Shown here: positions 49,181-62,690 of the stretch, in pieces
Layout of the letters: each line of letters starts with the position of its first letter
Position numbering within the stretch: position 1 is the stretch's first letter
From: Eledone cirrhosa
Taxonomy: Eukaryota
Direction: 5' to 3'
NCBI GenBank assembly: GCA_964016885.1
Contig: OZ024741.1
Coordinates: forward strand, 133,548,001 to 133,612,000
DNA length: 64,000 bases
The notes under the pieces: generated by a model
The model's input: only the letters and a program-made list of their open reading frames with translations
Database searches by the model: none
What the model was told of the DNA's origin: nothing
Made by a program: the position numbers and the translations under genes

Positions 49181-49989
49181 CTTGAGATTCAAAGTCATTT
49201 TGTTCAATTTTGTTAATACTCAATCAGGGACAAATTGAATTGAGACATCAGCTTCTTGTAGCCTTCAATGTCTGGTTTGTTAGAATTTTTTGGTAAGCCG
49301 AAATTGTTTAAATTAAATGTTTGCGCATCTCTGCCACATACCAATGGACGATATTCATGTTCGTACTTCTCTGATCTTCCAAACCACAAGCTGAAGTCAC
49401 ACATTTGATCTGAGTGTTGGAATCTAAAAAAACGAAAATTTAGAATAAAAGACAAATGTTCCAATTGTTCAATCAATGGAACAGTTTGCTCGTGAAATTA
49501 ACGTGCAAGTTGCTGAGCATTCCACAGATACGTGAAGACACCTAATATATTTCTCAGGGAAATTCAGCATAACACACTGCGTAACAAAGTTGACTCTTTG
49601 AATTACAGTTACAGTCAATCTGACGGGCTTCCAAACTGTCTCCATCTACCCAATTTCTCTCACAAGTCTAGGGTCCATTGCCACACAATGGGATCCAGCT
49701 TGGGACCAAACGATTGTGAATAAAAAAACCATCCAGTCAGACTGCGCCCAACCTCTCCATGTAAATACATGTTAGATAATATTGAATGTTTCTATGGATT
49801 TCAGGGGTTCAACAAAACTAGTTTTAAGCTACAGATTCATACAGTATCATTATACCAGGCAGTGGGATCGAACCCGGGACGTAATGTTTGTGAAGTGAAC
49901 TTCTTAAACATTCAGCCATGCTGCGTCCAATTCATACATGGATACTCTTAAATAGGAAAAAGAAATCCACCAATTGATCCGATCACCTT

Positions 49990-50315
49990 ACAACAAAAAA
50001 CAAAACAAAAAAAAACACAACAAAACAAAACCAAAGCCAAAAACAACAACAACTGCAACAAAGACAACAACAACGAGAAATACAATAAAAACAACTACAG
50101 CAACAACAAAAAACAACAACTACAACAAAGACAACAACAGCTACAACTAAACAACTACAACAAAGACAACTACAACTACAACAAAGTCAACAACTACAGC
50201 AAAACACAACTAAAACAAAGACAAATACAACTACAACAACTATATCAAATATAACAACAAAAAACAAAACAAAACAAAAAAACAACATCTACAACAACTA
50301 CAACAACTACAACAA
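49990..50315. repeat. (CAA/CTA/ACAAA) low-complexity tract
   Basis: Directly visible. Confidence 0.9.
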
Positions 50316-50567
50316 ACACTTACCCAAAATTGACGTCGTGCTCTGTTGGGTTTGACAGTGTGCAACGCATCATCTGCAAAATAAGGTGACGTATATCTTA
50401 AAAGGCTTATACAATTCTTCTCTTTGCTGCTGAACATTCATCAGACACTAGTACTCTTAATGTAATTCTCAGGGAGATTCAGCATGACAGTGACATTGAA
50501 TAACGCAAACATTTCCGTCTGATGCTCTACTGATTCTGCCAACTCGTTGCCCTACTTATACTGGTTT

Positions 50568-50694
<127 letters not shown>

Positions 50695-51021
50695 TCTCTC
50701 TCTCTCAGACACTTAAACATATACTCTCAAGCATACGCACACACAAACACATTCACAAAACCTCTCAAACACCCCCCCCACACACACTCTCCCTCAGACT
50801 CTTAAACATACACAAACGCTCTCAAACACATACATATACAACGCTCTCAAGCACACATACACACACTCACACGCATACAGAAAGAGAAAAAATGTATTCA
50901 AATTGTTGATATACATACAACGATATCTGTTTTTTTCATAATGATTTTGCGGTGATCGATATTGAAAATTGGCTAAAAGTGAATTTAAAAAGTGATTAAC
51001 AATCAATTATATACCTTTATG

Positions 51022-51086
<65 letters not shown>

Positions 51087-51089
<3 letters not shown>

Positions 51090-52290
51090 CATCATCATCA
51101 TCGATTAACGTCTATCTTCCACGCTAGCATGGGTTAGACGTTTTTCTCCCATTTAGAGGCAAGTTGGATCGGGTGACCGTGTCTCGCTCATATAGGAGAG
51201 TTTCTGGCTAGTTTTCTACGACTGGATGCCCTTCCTAACGTCAACCACATTTACAGTGTTTGCTGGGTGCTTTTTTCCGTGTCTTTTACCCGTCCACTTT
51301 ACAGTGTGGGCTGGGTCTTTTTTGTCGTGACACCTATACGATCACTTTACAGTGTGAGCTGGATATTCTTTACAGTGTGGACTGGGCACGTTTGTCGTGT
51401 CACCAACACAACCACTTTACAGTGGGGCCTGGGCACTTTTGTCTTGGGACTAGGGAGTGTGGAAGAGCTTGGGGAAATGTGGACAGGGTAGTAGAGGAGG
51501 TATGGTTACCGCTAAGGGAGGTGAATGAGAGGGGATAGAAAGTTGAGGAAGGTGTTGCCTACTAGGTATAAGCCTCATCCCGAGAATAATAGAGGGTGGG
51601 TCTTCTGTAAAACTGCATAGCGCCAGAGGTCGCGGTTCTGAGTCATTGCCTTTGAGAGCTTTAATTGTGCAAGGTCAGCTTTTATTACCTCATCCCAAGT
51701 CTTCCTAGGCCTGCCCTGCCTGACTTCATATCTTTGATTGCCTTACTTACTATACTACCGCTAACTTGTACAGCCGGTCCCTCTATTGGGTCGACATATC
51801 ACAGACTGTCTTTATCCCATGCATTCTCCTCAGTCAGTAATCTTTCATAGCGTCACTTCCATGCTACCTTCTTTTCAGCGTCAGTGAGGGTAAGTTCACC
51901 AAAATCATTTCGGACACACTTCTCTCCACCGACGTCACAATTTTCCCTGACACTGTCTAGCAATCCTGAACTCCTCACGTCTTTGATCCTCATGCTGCAA
52001 AACATGCTTAAATTTTTCGTTTTGTTTCCCTTCTAGCGAGGTAAACTTGTCGCCTAGCTTCTCTCCTAGCCTTTTGGTAAACTTCCCTGCTACTCCATTA
52101 TACTAATCTTTCCAAGCCTGTCTTTTGGCCTTAATTTTATCATCTACTTTACTATTCCACCACTAAGTCACTCTCCGTCTTTCAAAGGACCTTCTCCAAC
52201 CACAGATTTCGCCTGTCGCCTTCAGTAAGTTATCTTCCAGGAACTCCCACTGCTCCTCTATATCGTATGTCTCTATTTGCTCTTCTTTCG
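51087..52290 (-). mobile_element. Internally deleted RTE LINE (linker region joined to 3' end)
   Basis: (CAT)n tail and 3'UTR 51087-51600; junction near 51705 to sequence homologous to 6010-6600; RT missing. Confidence 0.85.
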
Positions 52291-53019
52291 ATGAAAATAT
52301 GAGAAGGCCGAATTCCAATAATTTGCTTTATTTTGTATAATTACATAATACGTATTTTCTGTGGCCCATTTATGTTATCATGATATGGACATAATAGATT
52401 TAGTTACTGGGGCACAGCAAAATATAAACAAAGAATCAATGATACAGAGACTGTCTGGACTTGCCATGCTATCACTACCAGGAAGGATGTTTACCGCCTT
52501 TCCGGATCTCTTATTTGTTACCGTATTATCCGTCATCGAAGACGCTTCTTCCTTGAGGACGCACCACAATTTTGACAACCAAAAATTTGAAAAACAATAA
52601 TAAACATAAAGATAATGTCCCGGTACTACAAGTCTTGTTACCTAATTTTTATGATATTTTGTTTATTTATTACTATAACTAGGTTTAATTTGGAGGTCAT
52701 ATATAGGCAGTTCAGATTACTTTCTAGCACAGATAATTTTCCTCTGAAAAATGCAACCTTCGGCCTCCAGGATGCATGGTAGATTTCCGAGTCCTATTTT
52801 AGGAAAAAAAATAGCCTCTTACAGTAGAATCTATCAATGCTTTCGGTCCCGATTAGAGGTCGATTATAAATTGACAACAACTCAGTTTGTGGCAACTTCC
52901 GATACAAAATACAAACCATATGTTATTGAAAGTAAATAATTTCCACTTGACAAAAACGACAAATTTGGTAAAAAAAAAAAAAAAGAAACTTAGCTGAAAA
53001 ATATTGTTGCTTTCTATGT

Positions 53020-53155
53020 GGAGATGATAATGATGATGATAAGGATGATGATGATGATAATGATGATGACAATGATAATGATGATAATAGTGATGATGAT
53101 GATGACAATAATGATGATAATAGTGATGATGATGATGACAATAATAATAATAATT
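53020..53155. repeat. (GAT/AAT)n compound microsatellite
   Basis: Directly visible. Confidence 0.9.
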
Positions 53156-53570
53156 GTTTCTACTTTTGACACAAGGCCTGCAATTATCCCAGTGCATTAC
53201 TGGTACTTTATTTTATTGACCCCGTAAGGATGAAAGGCAAAGTCAACCTTGGATGGATTTGAACTCAGATCGTAAAGGGCCGTAACTCCATGCTGAAAAG
53301 CATGGCGTCCGACCCTTTACCAATACTGCCAATCCACCACCATGATAACAATAATAATAATAATAATATCAACAACAACAAAAACAACAATAATAATATT
53401 TATGCTTACCTCTGGATATCTTGGATCAGCTCGTAAAAGCTCAATGAATGTTTTATTTCGATAGATGTAGCCTGATATTGCAGTTGCTGTTAGGAAATAT
53501 AGCCAGTATTAAACTCGTAAGACCATTATTCAACAGAGTACTCGATACTTGGTATAGTAGAGTGCGACTA

Positions 53571-53813
<243 letters not shown>

Positions 53814-53827
53814 TATATAAACATTAT

Positions 53828-54007
53828 GTGGATTGGCAGTATCGGTAGAGGGTCGGACGCCATGCTTTGACGCATAGAGTTACAGCCCTTTCCAATCTGA
53901 GTTCAAATCCCGCCGAGGTTAACTTTGCCTTTCATCCTTACGGGGTCGATAAAATAAAGTACCAGTAATGCACTGGATAATTGCTGGCCTTTGCCAAAAG
54001 TAGAAAC

Positions 54008-54012
<5 letters not shown>
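53828..54012 (+). mobile_element. tRNA-derived SINE family 1, full copy
   Basis: A-box TGGCAGTATCGG, B-box GAGTTCAAATCC, core TTTGCCTTTCATCCTTACGGGGTCGATAAAATAAAGTACC, tail AGAAACAATTAT. Confidence 0.88.
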
Positions 54013-54041
<29 letters not shown>

Positions 54042-54135
54042 GTATATACACTGTATATATATAGATGCACGTGTATACACACACACACACACACACACAC
54101 GCATATATATATATATATAGTCCTTATATACTATG

Positions 54136-57100
54136 TGTTGTATGGACTGGGAATCGAACTCACAACCTCATTGTTGTATGGACTGTTAAATTCGTTTTAT
54201 TCAATTTACACGTGCTCACACATTTGCATATGAATCACGTGACCTGGGCAGTCAGTCAGCGTTGGTATTGAAAACTCGGTCACAGACTGCTGCTGACTTA
54301 CTTTATGTTATTCTGCTACTGTGAGGAGGGGCGTTTTGGTTGTTTCGTACAATACACAAATTATTTGATATAACTCGTTGTGTTTTCTCTGCGAGTACCG
54401 AGAGGAATACAACAGAGTTTATTGGCGTCGCCGATAGGATTTACCTACATTGCCGATAGGATTTACCTACATTGCCGATAGGATTTACCTACATTGCCGG
54501 GAAATTGTTTATCATAAAAACATGGCGGAACAACAAACAGCGGAGCTAATAAAGTTGTTTAGAGAACAGATGGAACAACAAATGCAACAACACAAGAAAG
54601 ATATGGACACTCTGATAAAACTGTTTGGTGCTCGAGATTCTGAACAACAGAGTTTATTGGCGTCGCCAGTTGCTTCGACACCAACAGCATTCATCCCACC
54701 ATTTGCTGCTTTTGATTCAACAACAGAACTATGGCCTGATTACTGGTCAAGATTCTGCACGTTTGTGGCTGCTAACGCTGTACCCGAGCAACGCATGGCA
54801 CAAGTGTTCCTGACTAATCAGACGGTTGCTATCTACAAACAACTTGCAAATCTGGCTGCTCAACAAAATCCGCCTAAGGATATCAACAAGTTGACAATGG
54901 ACGAAATTGTTGACTTCATGAAAGAACAGTTCGACCCAAAACTTTTCATTGTGAGAGAACGTTTCAAGTTCTGGAGTGACATGCAACGGAAGCCAGGCGA
55001 AACTCTCCAGGAGCTGGGAGCATGTATACGTCAGGATGCAGCTACCTGTGATTTTCCTTCGATCACAAATCCACAAGATGAAGCTCTAAGACAGAGATTT
55101 ATATGTTCTGTCAATAATGAAGCTGTGTTGAAGGCTATTTTCAAGATCAAGGATACAGAACTAGATTTCGCCCGTGCTGTCCAAGTTGCCATCGGGACCG
55201 AAGACGCAGCAAAGGTTGCCAAGGAAACTGTTTACCGTTCCAAAACGAAGCAAGTCTACAAGGTCCAGCAGAACAAGAACAAGGGTCCTCGAAAGAACCA
55301 TCAGCAGTCTTATTCAACAGACCAGGAGATGTGCTACCGATGTGGAAAGGCCCACAAAGCGACAGACTGCCCCTTCAAAGAAGCCAAATGTCATTTTTGT
55401 GACAAAAAGGGACATTTGCAAGCGGTGTGTAGAATGAAACAACATCAGCAACGTAATCATCGCTCACAGAATTACGTGAAAAGAATCACGAAAGCTGAGC
55501 TAGTCAAGGCGATCCTTCGTGAAGTTCCCCACGATACTCATAGTTTGAATGTGCCAATAACAATCCAGAACAGACTTTTCACAATGGAATTGGACACAGC
55601 TACTACAGGCAATTTTGTTTCCTTGTCAGTTTGGAAACAATTAGGAAAACCGAAGCTGCAAGATGTCAAACATCGGTTTGAATCTGCCAGCAAGCCCGAC
55701 CTGCCCGTTCTGGGAACTTTCATGGGCCAAACCAAGGATCCAACGACCGGTAAACGGAATTCAATACCCTACATCGTCACCAAGATCCCTGATCTTAATT
55801 TGCTGGGACGAAACGCTATCCAGACTCTGGGAATTTCCGTGGACAATGCTCTAGGATTGAAAAGCATAGACAGCCAGGCCAAGAGTGAGGGTGCAGAAGT
55901 GATGCATCCAAAGACCTCAAATGAGCCCTATATTTCCATGCAACAAGATTGTCACAACATGTGTGATGAATTCCCAGATCTCTTCAAGCAAGAATTGGGA
56001 TGTCTTAATGACTTCGAACTGGAAGTGAAGTTCAAGTCGGACGCGACACCGGTCTTTCACAAGGCACGCCCGGTCCCGTTTGCTCTTCGTGATGACCTGG
56101 CCAAAGGTTACGAAGAAGGCATCGCCAAAGGAATCTGGAAGCCAGTACAGTTCAACGAATACGGACCGCCAGTGGTACCGATTCGTAAAGCACATACCTC
56201 AGGCAACCTGAAGCCCAAACTACGGATTTGTGGTGACTACTCTGTGGGAATTAATGACCAACTTGCAGATCATCGTCATCCAATGCCACTCCCAGAGGAA
56301 CTGATGCAGAAGCTCGGAGGTGGATTCGGATACACAAAGATTGATCTTGCTGATGCCTATAATCAGATCAAGCTGGCTCCAGAAAGTCAACGCAGGCTTG
56401 CACTCAGCACTCACCGTGGGGGGCTCCTGCAGGAACGACTCCATTTCTGAATCAAGTCAGCACCTGGTTACTTTCAGGAGATCATGGAAAACCTGACTCA
56501 AGATCTACCTGGTGTGGCCGTCTTCCAAGACGACATGCTCGTCAGTGGGAAAGATGCAAACGATCACCTGAACAACCTAAAGTGTCTGCTCACACGTCTG
56601 TGCGACAAAGGACTCAGATGTCGCCGTGACAAGTGCCAGTTTGCACTACCCAGTGTGGAATACATTGGACACACCTTGTCGGCTGAAGGGATCGCGAAGG
56701 GATCCAAGGTCGAAGCAGTTTTAAAGATGCCACCTCCAACGAACGTCTCGAGCTTGAAGTCTTTCCTGGGTTCAGTTCAGTTCTATGGAAAGTTTATCCC
56801 AAACCTGGCCAACATGGCAGAGCCACTCTATTGCCTTACGAAAAAACGACTACTTGGAAGTGGGGAGATGAAGAACGGTCAGCTTTCGATCAGTTGAAAA
56901 ATGTGCTTTCATCGGATCGAGTTCTGATACACTTCGATCCAAACAAAACTTTGGGACTGGCTTGCGACGCGTCAAACGTTGGTATTGGAGCAGTCCTGTT
57001 TCATCGCTATCCTGATGGAAGCAAGCGCCCAATATCCAATGTGTCCAAGACTCTTACTTCTGCACAGCGTAACTACGGCCAAATTCAAAAGGAAGCCCTG

Positions 57101-59059
57101 GCCATCATATTTGTCTTGCAGAAGTTATATCAGTATCTGTACGGACATCAGTTTATACTCGTAACTGACCACAAGCCACTGAAATCACTGTTCAGTCCGA
57201 GGAAAGGGACGCCACTTCTCGCTGCTAACCGACTAGCACGGTGGACCCTGTGGCTGAACCAGTTTGACTACACCATCGAATATCGGAAAACAGCGGATCA
57301 TGGCAATGCAGATGCCCTCAGTCGCTTGCCATTTGGTAATGACATCGACTTTGACAGGAAGGAAAATGGTGAAGACATGGACATGGTGTGCGCCATCAAA
57401 GCTCTCAGTCTTCAAGTCCAACCTATCGATGCTAACGTCCTCCGTCAAGAGTCAGGGAAAGATCCAGTGATATCTACAACGTGATAGGCTGGCCACCAAA
57501 GAATACTGAGATCAATGACGAAATCAATAAGTTCCGGAAGTTATCGGATTCACTCAGTATCTGCCACGGATGCCTTATCCATGGATCGAGAGTTGTGATT
57601 CCACATAGCTTACAGCCAAAGATCCTCAATCTTCTGCATCTTGGACACTTTGGCATGGAGCACATGAAACAATTGGAAAGAACTGCTGTTTATTGGCCTG
57701 GTATCGATGCTGCTATAGAGAAAACCAGTCGACAATGTGATTCGTGTGGTGAACATCAAAACCAGCCATCCAAGTCTCCAGTTCACCCATGGATGTTACA
57801 TGAAAAGCCGTGGAGCCGCTTACACCTGGACCACGCAATAAATTTCATGGGCAGTAATTGGTTGGTGATCACGGATGCTTATTCCAAGTATCCATGCATT
57901 CATCCTACGTCATCCACATCCTCCAGAGCCACTTTAGATCTGCTTGAAGAAGACTTTGCGCACTTCGGATTTCCTCACACGCTAGTCACCGATAACGCAC
58001 CAACTTTTATTTCTGAGGAGTTCCAGAGCTGGTACAACGAACGTGGGATCACGCACCTGACAGGGGCACCTTACCACCCAGCTATCAACGGAGCAGCGGA
58101 ACGTTTGGTGCAGACCTTCAAACAAGCTCTGAGGAAGACTTCTCTTCCGCCGAAGCGAGCACTTCAAGAGTTCTTGATGCAGTACCGGAGAACACCGACA
58201 TCCAGTGGATTCTCTCCGAGTGAACTTTTGAATCACCGGCAGATACGGACAAGGATTGATTCTCTGCTGCCCTCGCCAGCACACATGGCTCAAGACAAGC
58301 AGTCTAAGGAAGCATATAAGTCTCAGATGACTCCGGACTCGGCAGGTGTCGCTAAGGTTACCAGGCAGTACAAGGCTGGAGATCCTGTGTATGCACTGTA
58401 CTACGGACCTCGCCGAGACAAAGATCCCCGATGGGTACCAGCAATCATTAAGAAGTCATTGGGTACTCGCTGCTTCAACGTTAAGGTCATACCTCATGGC
58501 CCGGTGTGGAGACGACACTGGGAACAGCTGCAACCGTGGTACACTACTGAGGAAGACAATGAACCTGTTGATGCAGTAGACACTGTTTTTGAATTTGCAA
58601 CAGATCACCCGATGGAGATCTCGGAAATCGTGCCACTAACTCCACGACAGACCAGACCCAAAACCTTGTTGCCCGTTCCAGAGTATGGACCAGACAATCG
58701 AAGACGGTCCAAGAGAACTCGTAAACCCCCAGAGAGACTTTGCTGTTGATGCTTCTTTTGTCGCATCAATTTCGGTGGGGAGGTGTTGTATGGACTGGGA
58801 ATCGAACTCACAACCTCATTGTTGTATGGACTGTTAAATTCGTTTTATTCAATTTACACGTGCTCACACATTTGCATATGAATCACGTGACCTGGGCAGT
58901 CAGTCAGCGTTGGTATTAAAAACTCGGTCACAGACTGCTGCTGACTTACTTTATGTTATTCTGCTACTGTGAGGAGGGGCGTTTTGGTTGTTTCGTACAA
59001 TACACAAATTATTTGATATAACTCGTGTTTTCTCTGCGAGTACTGAGAGGAATACAACA
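54136..59059 (+). mobile_element. Ty3/Gypsy LTR retrotransposon, Mag-like clade, young insertion
   Basis: LTRs 54136-54414 and 58784-59059 (TGTTG...CAACA; I count 2 substitutions and one 3-bp indel); 5-bp TSD CTATG; PPT 58774-58783; gag with two Cys/His knuckles; protease LDTA; RT FQDD; RNase H; integrase H-H-C-C, HLD, VTDN, NGAAER; one stop (56448) and two frameshifts. Confidence 0.97.
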
Positions 59060-59106
59060 CTATGGAATGCTGTTCGCTTTTCGCTGCAGTGTTTTCTATA
59101 CCTTTC

Positions 59107-59109
<3 letters not shown>

Positions 59110-59181
<72 letters not shown>
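59110..59181. repeat. (TA)n microsatellite
   Basis: Directly visible; continues at 60306-60356 on the other side of the Helitron. Confidence 0.95.
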
Positions 59182-59182
<1 letters not shown>

Positions 59183-59870
59183 TAGCATTAAAGCCTGGCA
59201 TTGCTCGGGGTCAGTAAGTTACCAAAGTTAGGTTACACCACCCATTTTATAGCAGCACTTTTTTGTCTGCCAGGCACTAGGTGAATGAATTGCAGACCTG
59301 GACTGCCGAAGCAGGAGCTGCGCCAGCAGTGACAATTGTAGTTTCGCCTATGGATATTATCTCTGTGCAAAGAAGTGTTGAAATTTATTGTTTCACAGTA
59401 CTTGGGCAACACGCGCGTAAACGATGCCAGCCGAACAACAGAGCTGCGATGGAGTTGTTCTGCATGGTTGTCTAATGTGTGTTTTCTAAATTTAAGACAG
59501 TAGGGAGGGGTGTGATATGGGGGAGAGTTAGCTGCTGTTTCTAGCAGGTTTAGTGACCTTATAGAGGATATGTGTTTTCTAAATTTAAGACAGTAGGGAG
59601 GGGTGTGATATAGGGGAGAGTTAGCTGCTGTTTCTAGCAGGTTTAGTAACCTCATAGAGGATATTATTGTGTATAGTAAATAAACTGATACTTCTTTCTT
59701 CCACGTTCGTTGAGAGATGTTTTAAAAAAGATTTATCGCTATTTTTTTTTGTTGTTGAATAAATTTATCTGTTGCTTTTGAATAATTGTTGTTTCGTATG
59801 AAATGAAATCATTTCTCTTCGTTGTCATTGAAGTAAATAAATGTTTGACCGTTCAACACTAAAAAACAAA

Positions 59871-59901
<31 letters not shown>

Positions 59902-60210
59902 CCCCCCTTCATTTTTCTCTCTCTTCTTTCTTCGGCGTTCCTAAAGGAAGTTTGTAAGTTTAAGCGTATATAAGAGAAATTTGCAGCATGTATGTAGTTT
60001 TATCGAATTTTAAGGGGAGTAGAGAGAGATAATCAGATTGAATTAGAGGGATAAAGCGTCATGTATTTAGTTTTATCGGTTATTTCCGTAATTGTTGGTG
60101 AGTTTGAAATAAATAAATAGTCGTTGACCTATGTTAGACCATTTACAACATTCTTACAGACTTTGAGTCGAATCGGTTTGAAATTGTGCAAATGTATAAA
60201 CATGGAACAT

Positions 60211-60278
<68 letters not shown>

Positions 60279-60302
60279 CAACAATCTGCCTTTTATAGAT
60301 AA

Positions 60303-60305
<3 letters not shown>
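59182..60305 (-). mobile_element. Non-autonomous Helitron (family B) inserted in (TA)n
   Basis: Minus strand A^TCATTATCTATAAAAGGCAG plus (GT)n at the 5' end; CCGAGCAATGCCAGGC...CTAG^T at the 3' end. Confidence 0.78.
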
Positions 60306-60361
<56 letters not shown>

Positions 60362-60479
60362 CACTATTTCTCTCTCACACACTTTCTCATATACACATAC
60401 ATCCGTGTGGCTTGCAAAATTAGTGCAAAATGTATTTTAGCAGCACTTAATGCCTAAATTTTAAATTTTGCGTGGCGAA

Positions 60480-60620
60480 AATATACTTCTTAGAAATATA
60501 CTATATACATACGATAGAAATATACTTATATACATATGATAGAAATATACTTATATACAAATGATAGAAATATACTTATATACAAATGATAGAAATATAC
60601 TTATATACATGATAGAAAAG
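60480..60620. repeat. ~22-26 bp AT-rich tandem repeat
   Basis: Repeated GATAGAAATATACTTATATACA. Confidence 0.85.
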
Positions 60621-61019
60621 TACAATATACACGAGAGAAAAATACTATCGCAGAATGATTATATAGTTTTACAGACTCTTTATGATATTTCAAATTTTTT
60701 AAATCTTACCCATAGTATGAGAGTGGAGACTCATTGCAAAAAGTGGGGTGTCTGGATAAGGCCAATAACAAGCAGCGTCAGCGGTAAAATCTGTAATAAT
60801 AATGATTTCTTATTTAGGCACAAGGCCAACAATTTGAGGAGAAGGGTAAGTCGATTAAATCGACCCCAGTGCATTACTAGTGCTTTATTTTATCAACCCC
60901 GTAAGGATGAATGGCAAAGCTAACCTCGACGGGATTTGAACTTAGAACATAAAGGGGTGTAATTCTATGCTGCAAAGCTCTACCGATACGATACTGCCAA
61001 AACCATCGCTCTTACTGTA

Positions 61020-61690
61020 GAACAAAATGACTGTAGAAAAACATCAATAAGAACAAAGAATGATCTTGTCCAGGACAACATGGCGATCAAAGACTTAAAT
61101 CTTGGAAGACAAACTTGAATATGGCATAAATAGACTTTAAAAAAGCTTACGATATGATGTCCCATGCGTGGAATCTTCAACACATGAAGATGTTCAAGGT
61201 AGCAGATAATATAAGCAAATTGGTAGAATATAGCATGAAGGATTGGAGAATTAATTTGTACTCATATAATAGTTTCCTAGGCAGTGTGAACATAAACAGA
61301 GGTATTTTTCAGGGCAATTTTCTCCCATTGCTGTTTGTCATTGCTCATACCAATATCATTTGCACTGAGGAAGGTGAGGATGAGATATAAATTAGGGAAA
61401 GATGCTTCTAACCTATTTTAAAACTAACTGTAGTTTATGACCGAGTTGAAACTATTTAGTCGCGTACAGATAGTCGAGAGGTGCAACCAGAACACAAGCA
61501 TGGTATTTGGTGACACAAAATATGCAGTGGTCAAGGGAAAAGTCCCATGTAACAAGCATCGAATTACCATCAAATGTACATAAAACATATCTACATAAAC
61601 TAAAATCTCTCCTTAAGTCAAACCTGCACACAAGAAATTTGATAGAAATAGCATAGAACAGCAGCAATTTCTTTTGACAAATCACAAGAA
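61020..61690 (+). mobile_element. Degenerate R4/Dong-type RT fragment
   Basis: IDFKKAYDMMSHAW and VNINRGIFQG remnants. Confidence 0.7.
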
Positions 61691-61996
61691 ATTACCATTT
61701 AGAAGATAACGTGGACTGAGATGTATTGTCTCAGGGGTATGGTTTTACGTATATTGTCTTAGAGGTATGGTCTCAGGGGTATTTGGAGTTGAATGGCTTC
61801 AAATAAGAAGTCGGAATTCACGAGAATAAACTCAGAGTTGGCAACAAAATATTATGTGTTGTGAACAACCCTCGTGTATTAATTCTAAAACCCCCACTCA
61901 CATACACACACCCAATATTCCACTTTCTAAAAAAATAACGAAATCAAGGATTAAGAAGCAAAATATTTAAAAAAATATTTTTTATTTTATGCAGTA

Positions 61997-62690
61997 TTAG
62001 CAGTGGTACCCGGCGTTGCACAGGATAAGGTATTTTGGAACGTGGGCCGCCAACAGACCTAATCGTGGAAAAACTGCATGCCTGGACAATATGTAAAGAA
62101 AATAAACCGAATACTCTGATGGCTGGATAATCTTTAAGATTTTCCTCAATGAAGCAGGAAAAATGCAGGTTTTCACCTAATGCGGGCCCTAGGGGATCAA
62201 GAAAATGAATTTTTTTATGTGCATAATATATCTTGAAATTTCTGGAAAATCGGCTAGACGTAACGCCTGAAAAAAGCCCTAAAAAGCTGAAAAACGCAGT
62301 TTTTCACCCAATGCGGGCCCTAGGGGATCAAGTGACCCTTATATATAAAGTACTAGCAGTGGTACCCAGCATTGCACGAGATAAGGTATTTTGGAACGCA
62401 GACCGCCAATAGACCTAATCGTGGAAAAACTGCATGCCTGGACAATATGTAAAGAATACTCTGATGGCTGGATAATCTATAAGATTTTCCTCGATGAAGC
62501 AGGAACAATGCAGGTTTTCACCTAATGCGGGCCCTAGGGGATCAAGAAAATGAATTTTTTTTATGTGCATAATATGCCTTGAAATTTTGGGAAAATCGGC
62601 TAGACGTAACGCCTCAAAAAAGCCCCCAAAAGCTGAAAAAATGAAGTTTTTCACCTAATGCGGGCCCTAGGCCATAAAAAAGTTGGATTT
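61997..62690 (-). mobile_element. Helitron family A, two tandem 3' modules
   Basis: Reverse complement of ~3050-3412; termini CTAG (62353-62356) and CTAA (61997-62000). Confidence 0.8.

Noticed and set aside
52345-52743. Additional exons of the orphan gene candidate
   Set aside because: Splice-like sites exist, but the phase-compatible frames contain several stops.
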